Source: Sphingomicrobium sp.
Lineage (GTDB): Bacteria; Pseudomonadota; Alphaproteobacteria; Sphingomonadales; Sphingomonadaceae
Assembly: GCA_035494075.1 (NCBI GenBank)
Contig: DATJHF010000041.1
Span: 6,237 to 70,236, forward strand
Length of the DNA stretch: 64,000 nucleotides
Direction of reading: 5' to 3'
The notes under the pieces: generated by a model
What the model was told of the DNA's origin: nothing
Databases searched by the model: none
What the model saw: the letters and a program-made list of their open reading frames with translations, nothing else
Program-made: the position numbers and the translations under genes
In this document: piece by piece, positions 41,320-51,778 of the stretch
Layout: each line of letters begins with the position of its first letter
Position numbering within the stretch: the stretch's first letter is position 1

Positions 41320-42036
41320 CTATTGAAGGTATCCCGGCTGGAAGCCGGCTATCCGGCGCAACTCGTTCCAATCGGTGAACAGAATCTCCCTGCCTCGGCG
41401 CTTGATCAAGGCTTGGCGCTCAAGGTCCGCAAACACCCGGTTGACGTTGACCGACGTCTGGCCGGTGATGTCCGCAATCTGCTGCTGGGTGAAGGGATTG
41501 ATCATCGGTTGTTGGCGAACGTCGACCCCCATGCGCGCAGCCGTTTCACACAAGAGGTGGGCAACGCGGGCTGTGGAGTCCCTTCTGCCGGTGTTGACGA
41601 GCCATTCGTAACTGATCGCATTCTGGCGCTGGACCAGCTTCCAGAAAAAGCGCGCAACTTCCGGATTGGCGTCGACTATCGCGTCGAAATCCTCGCCGCG
41701 ACCAACCAAAATCTCGCTCCGCACGATGGCTTGCAGGCCGAAATCGGCAACGCCTTCGTGCGGGAGGATGCCTTCTCCGGGGAAACGGAGCGCCACGATC
41801 TGACGCCGCCCGCCGCCGTCACTTTTGAATTTAGCGAGAATGCCAGCTCGTACGAGCATTACCTCGTCACGCGGTGCGCCGGGCTCGCGAAACGGGCGTC
41901 GCGGTTCGACGTGCACCAGCTTGTGCGGCATCTGGATAAACAGCTCCACGAATTTTGGAGCCAAGCCTGCCTTCAGCAATGTGTCACCCAGGCTCACGCC
42001 AGCCTCCGCCGGCGAGCGGGCTCGTCGAATCGTCAT
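41320..42036 (-). CDS. Crp/Fnr family transcriptional regulator (FixK-like, no Fe-S Cys cluster)
   Basis: GRRQIVALRFPGE, EWLVNTGRRDSTARVAHLLCE, HTH TQQQIADITGQTSVNVNRVF; start uncertain (42036 or 42093). Confidence 0.88.
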   Translation of the reverse strand: MTIRRARSPAEAGVSLGDTLLKAGLAPKFVELFIQMPHKLVHVEPRRPFREPGAPRDEVMLVRAGILAKFKSDGGGRRQIVALRFPGEGILPHEGVADFGLQAIVRSEILVGRGEDFDAIVDANPEVARFFWKLVQRQNAISYEWLVNTGRRDSTARVAHLLCETAARMGVDVRQQPMINPFTQQQIADITGQTSVNVNRVFADLERQALIKRRGREILFTDWNELRRIAGFQPGYLQ

Positions 42037-42114
42037 CCTGTTCTCCCCAAGGGAGGGATGCTCCGGTTGTTTCGCTCGCGCAAGCGATATCATACCATTG
42101 AATTACAAAGAGAG

Positions 42115-42555
42115 TTAATAGCCTATTAGCCAGCCCTCTATCAACAATTTGCGTAAGTTCTCAGTTGTCGAAACAGGGATTTCCACTGCTGACTTGAGAT
42201 CAGGCGGGCCGGGCCAAGCCTTGTCCTCAAAATCAAGGCCGTCGAAACTGCGCGAACCCTGATAGCGCGGAATCACATGGAAGTGAACGTTTGGATCAAC
42301 CATCATCAACATCAGATAGTTGATCCGGTCATAGTTGATCGCTGCCCGAAGCGTGGCCTCGATTTCCCGGCTGATGATGGCCAGCTCGGCGTGGGCCTCC
42401 GACGGCAATGCGCCGAAAGCCGTGACGTCGCTCTTGGCCGCCAGGACAAGGGAGCCCAGCGTCACTTGCCCGGGGCGAAGCAACACGACCCAATGTTCGA
42501 ATTCCCGCAACAGGCTGTCCGGATAGCCGAATTTCTGCATCGTCACATTGGCCAT
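42115..42555 (-). CDS. HIT family hydrolase
   Basis: MMVDPNVHFHVIPRY (variant histidine triad). Confidence 0.88.
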   Translation of the reverse strand: MANVTMQKFGYPDSLLREFEHWVVLLRPGQVTLGSLVLAAKSDVTAFGALPSEAHAELAIISREIEATLRAAINYDRINYLMLMMVDPNVHFHVIPRYQGSRSFDGLDFEDKAWPGPPDLKSAVEIPVSTTENLRKLLIEGWLIGY

Positions 42556-42635
42556 CGCAGGCTCCTCTCGCTATTGCTTGCCAAGCTTGGTGTGCTTCCT
42601 TAAGGAGCCACCGCGCCCTATCCAAGGCGCTTCGT

Positions 42636-42713
42636 GGCGATCGTAGCTCAGTTGGTTAGAGCACCGGTTTGTGGTACCGGGGGTCGCGGGTTCAAGTCCC
42701 GTCGATCGCCCCA
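42636..42713 (+). tRNA. tRNA-His (GTG), with encoded G-1 and C73
   Basis: G-GCGATCG/CGATCGC-C-CCA, anticodon arm CCGGT-TTGTGGT-ACCGG. Confidence 0.97.
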
Positions 42714-42747
42714 GTTTTCCTTTGCCGGACAGGTGGTTAGGCGATCC

Positions 42748-43797
42748 ATGAACACCCCTTGGGGCTTTCCCGATTTCGACGCGCACGAAGCGCTGCATTT
42801 CGTCACGGATGAGAAGTGCGGGCTGCGCGCGATTATCGCAATGCATTCCACGCATCTTGGGCCGGCCGCCGGCGGCACGCGGCTGTGGCACTACGCCGAC
42901 GACGCGGACGCACTCACCGACGCGCTGCGGCTGTCGCGCGGCATGAGCTACAAGAACGCCATGGCCGGCCTGCCATTGGGTGGCGGCAAGGCGGTCGTGC
43001 TCGCGAACAAGACACGCACCAAGACCCCGGAGATGCTGGCCGCCTTCGGCGCTGCAGTGGATTCCCTTTGCGGAAAATATGTCACTGCCGAAGACGTCGG
43101 CATGTCGGTCGCCGACATGATCGAGATTTCGAAGCAAACCAGGTTTGTCGCGGGCCTTCCGGTCGGCGGCGGGGAAGTTGGCGGCGATCCTGGTCCCCAC
43201 ACCTCGCTCGGCGTGTTCCTCGGAATCAAGGCGGCGGTAAAGCGGGCACTGGGCAAGGACAGCCTGAATGGCCTGCACATCGCGTTGCAGGGCGCGGGCA
43301 GCGTCGCCGGGGGCGTCGCCCGCCAGGCGGCGGCTGAAGGCGCGAGGCTCTCGATCGCAGACGTCGACCGCGGTCGCGCAGAGGCTCTTGCCGCCGAAAC
43401 CGGCGGCAACGTGGTGACGCCGGACGACATTCTATTCATCGAGGCGGATGTCGTCAGTCCATGCGCACTCGGCGCGATCCTGACCGAACAGTCGATTGCG
43501 CGGCTCAACGCTCCAATCGTTGCGGGCGGCGCCAACAACCAGCTGGCGACTGCTGCAGATGGCCGCAGGCTGCAGTCGCGCGGTATCCTTTACGCGCCTG
43601 ACTATGTCATCAACGCGGGCGGCATCATCAACGTATCAACCGAATTTCTTGGCGACGGCGGGCCAGAGCTGGTTCGTTCGCGGATTGAAGCAATTCCGGG
43701 CCGCCTCGAGCAAATCTGGGCGGAGAGCGCCGCGACCGAGCAGGATCCGGCCTGTGTTGCCGACGCCATGGCCCAGAAACTGATCGGGCGTCGTTGA
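42748..43797 (+). CDS. Leu/Phe/Val dehydrogenase
   Basis: LGPAAGGTR, LSRGMSYKNA, GGGKAV, TAEDVG, GGANNQL, APDYVINAGG; ATG 42748. Confidence 0.92.
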   Translation: MNTPWGFPDFDAHEALHFVTDEKCGLRAIIAMHSTHLGPAAGGTRLWHYADDADALTDALRLSRGMSYKNAMAGLPLGGGKAVVLANKTRTKTPEMLAAFGAAVDSLCGKYVTAEDVGMSVADMIEISKQTRFVAGLPVGGGEVGGDPGPHTSLGVFLGIKAAVKRALGKDSLNGLHIALQGAGSVAGGVARQAAAEGARLSIADVDRGRAEALAAETGGNVVTPDDILFIEADVVSPCALGAILTEQSIARLNAPIVAGGANNQLATAADGRRLQSRGILYAPDYVINAGGIINVSTEFLGDGGPELVRSRIEAIPGRLEQIWAESAATEQDPACVADAMAQKLIGRR

Positions 43798-43855
43798 TCG
43801 TTCGGTGCTAATTGAAGGAAGGGCAGGGGTCCGCTAGGTCGCGGCACAAGCCACC

Positions 43856-44575
43856 ATGCACGGTTACGCCAACCCAGCCCGCTTCCTTAAGCTAGCCCGG
43901 CCCGCAACGGCCTGGCTGCTGTGCGTCGGCGCACTGTCTTTGCTGGCAGGCGTATACGGTGGCCTTGCCGTCACGCCGCCCGACTATCTTCAGGGCGAAA
44001 CCGTTCGCATCCTCTACATCCATGTTCCCGCTGCTTGGTTGGGGATGGCCGGCTGGGCATCGATCGCCGCTGCCTCGATCAGCCAGCTGGTGTGGCGGCA
44101 TCCGCTCGCTGCGGTGGCAGGGAGGGCGGTTGCGCCCGCCGGTGCGACTTTCGCGGCGCTTTGCCTTGCGACGGGATCGATATGGGGCCGGCCGACGTGG
44201 GGCACCTGGTGGGAGTGGGACGGGCGGCTGACGTCCATGCTAATCCTGCTCTTTCTTTACCTCGGGTACATCGCCCTGACATCGGCAGAGCGGGAACGCG
44301 GCGGAGAAGGGAGGATGGCTGCGCTATTCGGGCTGGTTGGCGCGGCAAACCTGCCGATCATTCACTATTCCGTTCTGTGGTGGCGCACGCTTCACCAGGG
44401 ACAGTCGATCAGCATCACCCAGGGCTCAACCATTGCGCCGGAACTGCTGTGGCCGTTGCCGCTGACCATGATCGGCTTCACTGCCATATTTGCAGCCGCC
44501 GTGTTGATGTTAATGCGCGCCGACCTCGCCCGCACCAAGCTGGAAGCCCGGCTCCGCCGGAGTGCCGCCGAATGA
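43856..44575 (+). CDS. ccmC: Heme exporter CcmC
   Basis: YIHVPAAW, WWD motif WGRPTWGTWWEWDGRLT, WWRTLHQ. Confidence 0.96.
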   Translation: MHGYANPARFLKLARPATAWLLCVGALSLLAGVYGGLAVTPPDYLQGETVRILYIHVPAAWLGMAGWASIAAASISQLVWRHPLAAVAGRAVAPAGATFAALCLATGSIWGRPTWGTWWEWDGRLTSMLILLFLYLGYIALTSAERERGGEGRMAALFGLVGAANLPIIHYSVLWWRTLHQGQSISITQGSTIAPELLWPLPLTMIGFTAIFAAAVLMLMRADLARTKLEARLRRSAAE

Positions 44576-44703
44576 ACCAGTGGGCCTTCGTCACGGCAGC
44601 ATATGGCCTGGCCGCGCTGGCCACGGTTGGACTGGTTGCCTGGGCCTGGCTGTCGATGCGCAACGCTGAAGCGGACGCGGAGGCAGCCAAGCGCCCTCGA
44701 TGA
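44572..44703 (+). CDS. ccmD: Heme exporter protein CcmD
   Basis: 43 aa single-TM MNQWAFVTAAYGL... with ATGA overlaps, between ccmC and ccmE. Confidence 0.85.
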   Translation: MNQWAFVTAAYGLAALATVGLVAWAWLSMRNAEADAEAAKRPR

Positions 44704-45125
44704 TGGTTCGTCCGAAGCATCAGCGGCTCGTGCTAGTCACCCTTGCCGTGCTCGCGATGGTTGGCGCCGTCTTGCTGGCCCTGTGGGGCCTCAAGGACCG
44801 CGCCGCTTACTTTGTAACCCCGTCCGACATCGTCGCAGGCAAGGCGACAGCGGACAAGGCGATGAGACTGGGAGGAATGGTGGTCAAAGGATCGCTTCGG
44901 CGCGACCCGGATGGCCTTACTGTCCGCTTCACGGTCAGTGACATGAAGGCCGAAACTCCCGTCGTCTTTCGCGGGATCGCGCCGGACCTCTTCAAGGAAG
45001 GAAACGGCGTGGTCGCGGAAGGCCGCCTTCAGCCCGATGGCCTATTCGTCGCCGACAATATTCTTGCCAAGCATGACGAGCGCTACATGCCGCCGCAAAT
45101 GGCCAACGAAGCAGCTGCGCAGTGA
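44700..45125 (+). CDS. ccmE: Heme chaperone CcmE
   Basis: RLGGMV, PDLFKEG, LAKHDERYMP. Confidence 0.96.
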   Translation: MMVRPKHQRLVLVTLAVLAMVGAVLLALWGLKDRAAYFVTPSDIVAGKATADKAMRLGGMVVKGSLRRDPDGLTVRFTVSDMKAETPVVFRGIAPDLFKEGNGVVAEGRLQPDGLFVADNILAKHDERYMPPQMANEAAAQ

Positions 45126-47044
45126 TCGCGGAAGCGGGACTTGCTGCGCTGTGGCTAGCGGCTGCGTTGGCCGCGTTGCAGTTGGCGCTGGCCTGTGGCT
45201 TGGGCGGCGAGCAGGGAAAGTCGATCCGGGCGGTGCGCGCGGTCGCAGTGGCACAAGGCCTGATCACACTCCTCGCATTTGCGGCGCTGATCGAGCTGTT
45301 CCTGCGCAGCGACATGAGCGTCCTGCTCGTCGCCGAAAACAGCCACAGCCGGAAGCCGTGGCTCTACAAATTCGCCGGCACCTGGGGGAACCACGAAGGC
45401 TCGATGCTGCTCTGGGTAACGGTACTGGCCGTGGCCGGCGCGATCGTCGCGCTGTTCGAACGCCGCCTCGATCATAAAACGCTCGGTGCCAGCCTCGGCG
45501 CGCAGGCTTCGCTCGCGCTGGGCTTCTTCGCATTCCTGCTCATTGCGTCCAACCCGTTCGAGCGGCTCGATCCGGCGCCGCTCGACGGCCGCGGGCTCAA
45601 CCCGCTTCTGCAGGATCCAGGCCTCGCCTTCCACCCGCCAACGCTTTACCTCGGCTATGTCGGCCTGTCGGTTGCCTTCAGTCTGGCGGTTGGCGGGCTG
45701 ATCCGAGGCAACGTCGGCCCCGCCATCGCCCGCGCGATGAGGCCGTGGGTCCTGGGGGCGTGGGTTCTGCTGACACTCGGCATCACCGCCGGGAGCTACT
45801 GGGCATATTATGAGCTTGGCTGGGGTGGCTGGTGGTTCTGGGACCCCGTCGAAAACGCCTCCCTGATGCCATGGCTTGCCGCGACCGCGCTGTTGCACAG
45901 CGTCAATGTGCTTGCCGGGCGCGGAGGCCTGCGCGCCTGGACGATGATGCTGGCGCTGGTCGCCTTTTCCATGTCGATGATCGGCACCTTCCTGGTTCGA
46001 TCCGGCATTTTGACCTCTGTACATTCTTTCGCGGTCGACCCGCTTCGCGGCACGTTTATCCTGGCCTTGCTGGCCCTCTACATTGGCGCCGCGCTGGCGC
46101 TGTTCGGCCTGCGCATCGCCCATGTGAAGGAAGGCGCTCCGTTCGAGATCGTCAGTCGCGAGGGCGGGCTGGTCGCAAACAACCTGCTGTTGTCGGTGAT
46201 CCTCGGCATCGTGTTCGTCGGGACGCTCTATCCGCTGGTCGCCGAAGCGCTGTCGGGCGAAAAGCTCTCGGTCGGTCCGCCCTATTTCAATAGCGTCGCC
46301 AGTCCTCTTGCTTTGGTCCTGGCCGCGCTGATGCTGATTGCTCCGCAGCTCAAATGGCGACGAGATGCCAAGCCGATCCTGCCGAGACTTGCGCCGGGCT
46401 TGCTGGTAGCGACCGCCGTGCTGATTGGCACCATCCTGCTTGCGCCCGGCATCGGCATCTTGCCGCGCTTTGGGCTAATGATCGGCGCCGCACTGCTCCC
46501 CGCCAGCCTGTTGCCGCTGGTCGGGCGATCGCTGCGCCGGACTCCACTTCCGATTTGGGGCATGGCGCTGGCGCATTTCGGTGTTGCTGTAGCAATCCTT
46601 GGCATGGCATCAGACAGCGCCTTCACCCAGGAGAAACTGACTGCGGCGCGCCCGGGGGATCGGGTCGAAATCGGACCATGGTTGGTCGAGTTTCGCCAGG
46701 TCCTTCCCTTGGCCGGTCCAAATTGGACCGCGCTCGAAGCGGAGCTTCGCGCATCGCGCGGATCTGGCGTAGCGGTCCTCAGGCCACAAAGCCGCTACTT
46801 CGTCGATCCGCCGACCACCACCAATGAGGCAGCGATCGACACCAGCTGGAATGGACAGCTTTACGCCGTGCTCGGCGAACCGAGCGACCAGGGCCGCTGG
46901 CAGCTTCGGCTTTGGTGGAAGCCATTCGTTACCCTGATCTGGCTCGGCGGTTTCCTGATCGCGCTCGGGGGCAGCCTGGCATTGCTGGGGCGGGTATTCC
47001 GGCGGCGGTCGCACGGTTTTTACCGAGCGGAGGCGTCCGAATGA
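45122..47044 (+). CDS. ccmF: Cytochrome c heme lyase CcmF
   Basis: WGNHEGSMLLW, HPPTLY, WAYYELGWGGWWFWDPVEN, SVHSFA. Confidence 0.97.
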   Translation: MIAEAGLAALWLAAALAALQLALACGLGGEQGKSIRAVRAVAVAQGLITLLAFAALIELFLRSDMSVLLVAENSHSRKPWLYKFAGTWGNHEGSMLLWVTVLAVAGAIVALFERRLDHKTLGASLGAQASLALGFFAFLLIASNPFERLDPAPLDGRGLNPLLQDPGLAFHPPTLYLGYVGLSVAFSLAVGGLIRGNVGPAIARAMRPWVLGAWVLLTLGITAGSYWAYYELGWGGWWFWDPVENASLMPWLAATALLHSVNVLAGRGGLRAWTMMLALVAFSMSMIGTFLVRSGILTSVHSFAVDPLRGTFILALLALYIGAALALFGLRIAHVKEGAPFEIVSREGGLVANNLLLSVILGIVFVGTLYPLVAEALSGEKLSVGPPYFNSVASPLALVLAALMLIAPQLKWRRDAKPILPRLAPGLLVATAVLIGTILLAPGIGILPRFGLMIGAALLPASLLPLVGRSLRRTPLPIWGMALAHFGVAVAILGMASDSAFTQEKLTAARPGDRVEIGPWLVEFRQVLPLAGPNWTALEAELRASRGSGVAVLRPQSRYFVDPPTTTNEAAIDTSWNGQLYAVLGEPSDQGRWQLRLWWKPFVTLIWLGGFLIALGGSLALLGRVFRRRSHGFYRAEASE

Positions 47045-47568
47045 ATCGCCTGACACGCTTTCTGCCTCTGTTTATTCTTTTCGCGTTCGTCGGTGCGGTG
47101 GCGTGGCGGCTGAGCAGCCCGGCTGACGAGAAGATCCAGTCGAAGATGATCGGCCGCGCCGTGCCCGCCTTTACTTTGGCTTCCGCCGTTCCCGGCAAGC
47201 CCGGTCTATCGTCGAAGGATTTGGCATCCGGGTCGCCGAGAATGGTCAACGTCTTTGCCAGCTGGTGCGTGCCCTGCATCGCCGAAGCGCCGCTGTTGGC
47301 CGAGCTCAAGGCAAGGGGCGTCGCGATCGACGCCATCGCGGTCAGGGACAGGCCGGAGGATGTGGCGCAGTTCCTGGCGGAACGCGGCGACCCATTTATG
47401 CGGATCGGCGCAGACCCGGAAAGCCGGGCCCAATTGGCCTTGGGTTCATCGGGCGTGCCTGAAACCTTCATCATCGATGGCAAGGGCGTCATTCGGTACC
47501 AGCATATGGGCCCCATCGAGCCCGGTGACGTATCGGCACTGATCAAACAGTGGGAGGAGGCCAGGTGA
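47041..47568 (+). CDS. ccmG: Thiol:disulfide interchange protein CcmG/DsbE
   Basis: N-terminal TM, FASWCVPCIAE, GVPETF. Confidence 0.93.
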   Translation: MNRLTRFLPLFILFAFVGAVAWRLSSPADEKIQSKMIGRAVPAFTLASAVPGKPGLSSKDLASGSPRMVNVFASWCVPCIAEAPLLAELKARGVAIDAIAVRDRPEDVAQFLAERGDPFMRIGADPESRAQLALGSSGVPETFIIDGKGVIRYQHMGPIEPGDVSALIKQWEEAR

Positions 47569-47969
47569 GGGTAATCCTTACGCTCCTTCTCCTTTTCGCG
47601 TCGCCTGCACTCGCCGACAGCAGCTTGCCGCCCGCGCGCTGGGCCAACGAGCAGCTTCCCGATCCGGCCCAGGAGGCCAGGGCCAAGGCATTGATGGAGG
47701 AATTGCGTTGCCTGGTCTGCCAGGGGCAGTCGATCGCCGACAGCAATGCCGAGCTAGCCGGCGACATGCGCGCGTTGGTCAGGCAACGGATCGCAGCAGG
47801 CGAGTCGCCCGATCAGGTTCGTGCGTGGCTGATCGAGCGCTACGGCGATTGGGTCAGCTATCGGCCGCCGGTGGAACCGCTGACCTGGCCGTTATGGGCG
47901 GCGCCGCTGCTGTTGGTGCTCGCCGGAGCCTGGCTGCTGCGCAAGCGGCTCGTAAGGAGGCGCGGCTGA
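47565..47969 (+). CDS. ccmH: Cytochrome c biogenesis protein CcmH
   Basis: LRCLVCQGQSIADSNA, RYGDWV, C-terminal TM. Confidence 0.93.
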   Translation: MRVILTLLLLFASPALADSSLPPARWANEQLPDPAQEARAKALMEELRCLVCQGQSIADSNAELAGDMRALVRQRIAAGESPDQVRAWLIERYGDWVSYRPPVEPLTWPLWAAPLLLVLAGAWLLRKRLVRRRG

Positions 47970-48610
47970 TGACTTTCGCGTGGCTCGGCCTTTTGGCATC
48001 GCTGACGCTGGGTCTTCTGTGGCTCATGAAGTTGCGGGGCCCACTGCTGACGCTGGCTGCGGCGGCGATCGCGTTTGGCTGCGCCGGATATGCGGTGCAG
48101 GGTCGTCCGGACCTGAGTGGCAGCCCACGAGCTACCACGGATCGAGAACCGCCAATGCCGCTCACCGGCGCCCGTCACGCGCTGATGGGCCAGTTCGACG
48201 GTTCGGACGCCTGGCTCAACATGGCCGATGCGCTAGCCTCGCGCGGCAATACGGAGGATGCCGCGAACCTCCTTCGTGCGCAGGTCGCGCGATATCCCAA
48301 TGACTATAAATTGTGGGTCGGGCTCGGCAATGCGCTTACCGACCATGCCCGCACGCTGACTCCGTCGGCCCGCTTCGCCTTCAACCGCGCTATGGAGCTC
48401 GCGCCCGGCTACCCAGCGCCGCCATTCTTCCTGGGGCTGGCCGAAGCGCGTTCGGGCAACCCCGAAGAAGCGGTACGGCTGTGGCGCGAAATCCTTGCCG
48501 ACGCCCCAGCCAATGCCAGCTGGCGGCCGATGATCGAGGATGGCTTGCTGCTGATGACGCAGGGGACGCCGATCTCAGCGCCCCCCGCAACGGATCAGGC
48601 CGGCTCGTAA
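47969..48610 (+). CDS. ccmI: TPR cytochrome c biogenesis protein CcmI/CycH-like
   Basis: Two N-terminal TMs, TPRs, last gene of the ccm cluster. Confidence 0.75.
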   Translation: MTFAWLGLLASLTLGLLWLMKLRGPLLTLAAAAIAFGCAGYAVQGRPDLSGSPRATTDREPPMPLTGARHALMGQFDGSDAWLNMADALASRGNTEDAANLLRAQVARYPNDYKLWVGLGNALTDHARTLTPSARFAFNRAMELAPGYPAPPFFLGLAEARSGNPEEAVRLWREILADAPANASWRPMIEDGLLLMTQGTPISAPPATDQAGS

Positions 48611-49695
48611 GCCAGGTCGAGCGCTTCGGCGACCGCCTCGTGGCGGATTTTGCCGCCCGAAACGTTGAGGCCGTTGGCGAGGTGCGGATCCTGCCGCATT
48701 GCCTCTTCCGCCCCTAGGTTCGCGAGCTTGATTGCGAAGGGTAGCGTTGCGTTGTTGAGCGCGAACGCCGAGGTCCGCGCCACCGCACCCGGCATATTGG
48801 CCACACAATAGTGAATGATCCCGTCAATCTCGAACACCGGGTCGGAGTGGGTAGTCGGATGGCTGGTCTCGAAGCAGCCGCCCTGATCGATGGCGATATC
48901 GACCAGCACCGACCCGCGCTTCATGGTTTTCAGCATTTCGCGCGTCACAAGCTTCGGAGCCGCCGCGCCCGGAACCAGGACCGCGCCGATCACCAGCTCG
49001 GCCTTTTGCACGGCATTGGCGATGGCATCCCGCGAGGCGTATGCGGTCTTGATCTGCGAGCCGAAGAACATGTCGAGCTCGGCCAGCCGCTCATTGCTGA
49101 TGTCATAGATGGTGACGTCGGCGCGCATGCCGACCGCCATTTGCGCCGCGTTGACGCCGGAAACGCCGCCGCCGAGAATCGCGACCTTGGCTGGGGCAAC
49201 GCCGGGAACGCCGCCCAGCAGGACGCCGCGCCCGCCCGGCTCCTTTTCGAGATAGTGGGCGCCGACCTGGACCGACATGCGGCCCGCGACTTCGGACATC
49301 GGCTTCAACAGCGGCAGCGCACCGCTGCGCGACGTTACCGTTTCATAGGCGATGCAGGTGGCGCCGGACTTCATCAGCCCTTCGGCCTGCGCCTTGTCGG
49401 CAGCGAGGTGAAGGTAGGTGAACAGCAGGTGGCGCGGCTCGAGCATCGCAATTTCTTGCGGCTGCGGTTCCTTCACCTTTACGATCATGTCGCTCTGGGC
49501 GAACACGTCCGCCGCGGTCGGCAGGATGGTTGCGCCAGCCCTCTCATAGGCCTTGTCCGGGCAGTCGATTCCGCTCCCAGCCTTGGTTTCGACGAAGACT
49601 TCATGACCATGCGCGACCAGCTCGGCCACCGAAGCGGGTGTCAGGCCGACGCGATATTCATGAACTTTGATTTCCTTCGGCACACCGACGCGCAT
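48595..49695 (-). CDS. ald: Alanine dehydrogenase
   Basis: GVPKEIKVHEYRV, VKVKEP, YLHLAA, MSEVAGR, IAIDQGGC, VANMPG. Confidence 0.97.
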   Translation of the reverse strand: MRVGVPKEIKVHEYRVGLTPASVAELVAHGHEVFVETKAGSGIDCPDKAYERAGATILPTAADVFAQSDMIVKVKEPQPQEIAMLEPRHLLFTYLHLAADKAQAEGLMKSGATCIAYETVTSRSGALPLLKPMSEVAGRMSVQVGAHYLEKEPGGRGVLLGGVPGVAPAKVAILGGGVSGVNAAQMAVGMRADVTIYDISNERLAELDMFFGSQIKTAYASRDAIANAVQKAELVIGAVLVPGAAAPKLVTREMLKTMKRGSVLVDIAIDQGGCFETSHPTTHSDPVFEIDGIIHYCVANMPGAVARTSAFALNNATLPFAIKLANLGAEEAMRQDPHLANGLNVSGGKIRHEAVAEALDLAYEPA

Positions 49696-49821
49696 GATGA
49701 GTTTGCTCCAAATAGGGAAAGTTGCGGCCCTATAGCGGCGGGATGGCGCGATTGCAGCGTCTTTTTGCCGGTGCTAGGTCGGCGCGCCGCGCCCTGAGCG
49801 CCGTGAGGGCGATTAAACAGT

Positions 49822-51771
49822 ATGAGCATTACCCCCGCCGGTACCGCAGAGATCGCCACCGGCGACCAAATCCAGGGACATGGCCATGGCCAGGGATCGC
49901 TCGCCAAGTTGATGGTGGGCGCAGTCGGCATCGTGTTCGGCGATATCGGCACGTCCCCAATCTACGCCTTCCGCGAGACTTTCGCCGGGCATCACACCCT
50001 CGTTCCGGACGCCCTGCACATCTACGGCGTCCTCAGCCTGATCTTCTGGTCGATGCTGATCATCGTCGCCTTGAAATATGTGACGATCATCATGCGCGCG
50101 GACAACAAGGGGGAGGGCGGGAGCCTCGCCCTGCTGGCGCTGATCAACCGCACCACGGCCGAGGGCGAGAAAAAGAAGTGGACGCTGGGGATCGTCATGC
50201 TTGGCGTCTTCGCCACGGCGCTATTCTACGGCGATAGCATGATTACGCCGGCCATCTCGGTGCTGTCGGCCGTGGAAGGCTTGACCACCGTCCAGGCGGG
50301 TTTCGAGCCCTATGTCGTCCCGACCGCAATCGGCATCCTGGTCGGACTGTTCGCTATCCAGGCCCGCGGCACCGCCAAGGTCGGCCTCATGTTCGGCCCG
50401 ATCATGCTGGTCTATTTCGTGACCTTGGCGGGCCTCGGCGGAATGCACATCGTCAAGCACCCGGCGGTGTTCCAGGAAATGTTCAATCCTTGGAACGCCA
50501 TAGAATTCTACATTTCTGAGCCGCTCCGGGCCTTCATCGCCATGGGTAGCGTCGTGCTGGCAGTGACCGGGGCGGAGGCACTCTATGCCGACATGGGCCA
50601 CTTCGGCCGCCGCCCGATCAAGTTTAGCTGGCTCTACTTCGTCATGCCGGCGCTGCTGGTCAACTATATGGGGCAGGGGGCATTGCTTCTCTCGCTTCCG
50701 CCCGACCAGGCAATGGAAACCGTCAAGAATCCGTTCTTCTTCCTGGCCCCCGAGCAATTCCGGCTTCCGCTGGTCATCCTGGCGACAATGGCAACGATCA
50801 TTGCCAGCCAGGCGGTGATTTCCGGGGCATTTTCGGTCACGCAGCAGGCGATCCAGCTCGGCTTCATCCCGCGCCTCAGGATCAGCCACACCAGCGAACA
50901 TGCCGCCGGCCAGATCTATATACCGGTGGTCAACTGGGCATTGATGATCATGGTCATCCTGCTCGTGCTGACCTTCAGGTCGTCGTCAAACCTGGCGGCC
51001 GCCTACGGCATCGCGGTGACCGGCGCGATGGCGATCGATACCGTGCTCATCTCGGTGGTCTTCTTCAGCCTGTGGAAGTGGCCGGCGTGGAAGGCTTTCC
51101 CGCTGCTGGTGATCTTCAGCACAATCGACATCCTCTATTTCAGCGCCAACCTGCTGAAGGTTCCCGCCGGCGGCTGGTTCCCGCTGCTCGTCGGTGCAAT
51201 CGCCTTCACCTTCCTCACCACCTGGGCGAAGGGCCGCAAGCTGATGATCGATCGCATGGCCGAGGCCAGCCTGCCGATCGAGGTGTTCATCAAGTCGGCC
51301 GCGACCAGCGCCGCTCGTGTTCCGGGCACCGCCGTCTTCATGACCACGTCGATGACCGGCGTGCCCCACGCGCTGCTGCATAACCTCAAGCACAACAAGG
51401 TGCTGCACGAACGGGTCATGTTGCTGACTGTCAGGATCGAGGACGTTCCGTTCGTGCCAGGTGAACGCCGGATCGAAACCAGCGACTATGGCGCCGGCTT
51501 CTTCCGGATCATCCTGCGCTATGGCTTCATGGAAGAGATCGACGTCCCAGCGGCGTTGGCCCAGGTCAAGAGCTGCGGGCCGCAGTTCAAGATGATGGAC
51601 ACCAGCTTCTTCCTCGCACGCCAGACGCTGATTGCCTCAGCACGACCTGGCATGGCCATCTGGCGCGAGAAGCTGTTCGCCTGGATGCTGCGCAACGCCG
51701 AAAGCGCGATGGAGTTCTTCAAGCTACCGACCAACCGGGTGGTGGAGCTTGGCAGCCAGGTTGAAATTTAA
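49822..51771 (+). CDS. kup: Potassium transporter Kup
   Basis: [41 protein letters not shown]. Confidence 0.97.
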   Translation: MSITPAGTAEIATGDQIQGHGHGQGSLAKLMVGAVGIVFGDIGTSPIYAFRETFAGHHTLVPDALHIYGVLSLIFWSMLIIVALKYVTIIMRADNKGEGGSLALLALINRTTAEGEKKKWTLGIVMLGVFATALFYGDSMITPAISVLSAVEGLTTVQAGFEPYVVPTAIGILVGLFAIQARGTAKVGLMFGPIMLVYFVTLAGLGGMHIVKHPAVFQEMFNPWNAIEFYISEPLRAFIAMGSVVLAVTGAEALYADMGHFGRRPIKFSWLYFVMPALLVNYMGQGALLLSLPPDQAMETVKNPFFFLAPEQFRLPLVILATMATIIASQAVISGAFSVTQQAIQLGFIPRLRISHTSEHAAGQIYIPVVNWALMIMVILLVLTFRSSSNLAAAYGIAVTGAMAIDTVLISVVFFSLWKWPAWKAFPLLVIFSTIDILYFSANLLKVPAGGWFPLLVGAIAFTFLTTWAKGRKLMIDRMAEASLPIEVFIKSAATSAARVPGTAVFMTTSMTGVPHALLHNLKHNKVLHERVMLLTVRIEDVPFVPGERRIETSDYGAGFFRIILRYGFMEEIDVPAALAQVKSCGPQFKMMDTSFFLARQTLIASARPGMAIWREKLFAWMLRNAESAMEFFKLPTNRVVELGSQVEI

Positions 51772-51778
51772 GGCCCCA

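Noticed and set aside
42634-42747. N-terminal extension of the dehydrogenase ORF
   Set aside because: It is the tRNA-His gene read in frame; the real start is ATG 42748
43856-48610. ccm cluster lacking ccmA/ccmB
   Set aside because: Split ccm loci are common in alphaproteobacteria; absence from a 64-kb window is uninformative
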